Assembly: GCF_019464535.1 (NCBI RefSeq) | Contig: NZ_CP080507.1 | Location: 120,001-152,000, forward strand | DNA: 32,000 bases | From: Horticoccus luteus | Lineage (GTDB): Bacteria; Verrucomicrobiota; Verrucomicrobiia; Opitutales; Opitutaceae | Direction of reading: 5' to 3' | Part shown: positions 31,277 to 32,000 of the stretch, in pieces | Numbering within the stretch: the stretch's first letter is position 1 | Layout: every line of letters begins with the position of its first letter | Notes under the pieces: generated by a model | Seen by the model: only the letters and a program-made list of their open reading frames with translations | Told to the model about the DNA's origin: nothing | The model's database searches: none | Translations under genes and position numbers: made by a program

Positions 31277-32000
31277 ATGCCCTCCTCCAAGGCCCGGCGC
31301 ACCCAACCCTTTCTCGCATTTTTTCGCACGCGGCTGACGCCGTTCACTTTCCCCGTGGCCATCGCCGCGCTCGCGCCGCTTGTGGTGCTTCCCCAAGGCT
31401 ACGCGTTGCCCGCCGGCCCGCAGGTCGTGGCAGGCGACGTTACCATCGGCCGTTCCGGAAACACCCTTAACATCGCCCAAGGCTCCCAACACGCCGTCGT
31501 CAACTGGCAAGGCTTCGACATCGCGCAAAACGAGCTCGTCCGCCTTCGCCAGACCAGCAACGCCGCCATGCTCGCGCGTGTCACCGGCGGCAATCCCACC
31601 CAACTTCTCGGCACGCTTCAGGCCGACGGAAAACTTTTCCTCATCAATCCCAAGGGCATCGTGGTCGGTCAGGGCGCGGTGATCGATACCGCGGCCTTCA
31701 TGGCGTCCACGCTTGATGTGAGCGATGCGGATTTCCTGCGCGGTGGCGCGCTGACGTTCAAAGGCGACAGCGCCGCCGGCGTCGCGAATTACGGTGAGAT
31801 CACGGCTCGCGAAGGCAGCGTAATGCTGTTCGCCCACACCGTAAAAAACGCCGGCCAGATCAACGCGACCAACGGCACCGTCGGTCTCGGTGCAGGCACC
31901 GAGGTTTACCTCGCGGCCCCCGACGCCACCGGCTTTGTCATCAAGAGCAACCTGCCCGCCACGACGAAGAAAACCGGTGTGGACAACGCCGGCGTCATCG
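31277..32000 (+). CDS. Two-partner-secretion exoprotein (filamentous haemagglutinin-type TPS domain); N-terminal 241 codons, continues past the right edge
   Basis: Absent from the track because it is open to the edge. ATG at 31277, and I checked the frame open to 32000. Long signal region MPSSKARRTQPFLAFFRTRLTPFTFPVAIAALAPLVVLPQGYA. TPS motifs: AVVNWQGFDIAQNELVRLRQ, ARVTGGNPTQLLGTLQADGKLFLINPKGIVVG. Confidence 0.85.
   Translation, partial: MPSSKARRTQPFLAFFRTRLTPFTFPVAIAALAPLVVLPQGYALPAGPQVVAGDVTIGRSGNTLNIAQGSQHAVVNWQGFDIAQNELVRLRQTSNAAMLARVTGGNPTQLLGTLQADGKLFLINPKGIVVGQGAVIDTAAFMASTLDVSDADFLRGGALTFKGDSAAGVANYGEITAREGSVMLFAHTVKNAGQINATNGTVGLGAGTEVYLAAPDATGFVIKSNLPATTKKTGVDNAGVI

Noticed and set aside
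1-32000. Scan for CRISPR arrays, tRNA/rRNA genes, IS elements, integrases and phage genes.
   Set aside because: I saw no regularly spaced repeats of 25-40 bp, no tRNA-like T-arm (GTTCGAATC-type) in intergenic DNA, and no transposase or integrase-like translation in any supported ORF.

Overview
High-GC (about two-thirds G+C by eye), densely coding bacterial chromosomal segment. I support 25 protein-coding genes. I saw no rRNA, tRNA, CRISPR array, transposase or integrase. Many long ORFs in the supplied track are off-frame or antisense shadows typical of high-GC DNA. Two real genes run off the window edges and are missing from the track; I recovered them by hand translation: a GH2 beta-mannosidase (1-1893, minus) and a TPS-domain exoprotein (31277-32000, plus).

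Gene content:
- Cytoplasmic mannoside/amino-sugar salvage: GH2 beta-mannosidase, BadF-type sugar kinase, SIS protein, and a GH38 alpha-mannosidase further along.
- Housekeeping and stress genes: S9 peptidase, AlkD-like DNA alkylation repair protein, class I DAHP synthase, two DoxX proteins, and a pirin gene divergent from a LysR regulator.
- A VapC/Phd-YefM toxin-antitoxin pair.
- A DUF2975 membrane protein plus small XRE regulator module.
- A catabolic divergon at 13.4-24.1 kb: a peptide-type ABC importer whose substrate-binding protein is fused to a permease, an enolase-superfamily enzyme, a xylose-isomerase-like TIM-barrel protein, a Gfo/Idh/MocA oxidoreductase, and a signal-less heparinase II/III-like protein.
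- A short-form threonine dehydratase.
- A MASE1/LytS-type kinase and LytTR response regulator, followed by a two-partner-secretion exoprotein gene.

Most interesting signals, all readable directly in the sequence:
1. A 24-codon leader ORF with six Ile codons (AIIIAAIII), followed by mutually exclusive antiterminator and terminator helices that end 2 nt before the threonine dehydratase ATG. This looks like a classical ribosome-mediated Ile attenuator.
2. An ABC importer with an OppA-like binding domain covalently fused, through an extra transmembrane helix, to an OppB-like permease. No ATPase gene is nearby. It sits inside an uncharacterised oxidoreductase / TIM-barrel / enolase / heparinase-like cluster.
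3. AlgR/LytTR-consensus direct repeats at about 21-bp phasing, between the LytTR regulator and the TpsA-like gene.
4. Twin perfect 17-bp dyad operators upstream of the DUF2975-XRE operon.
5. Two small repeat families: a GCGGGGTG/CACCCCGC hairpin element and a phased triple TTCGTG motif.
6. Pyrimidine-rich, Shine-Dalgarno-free leaders in front of many genes.

All functional assignments come from motif recognition by eye. No database search was possible.
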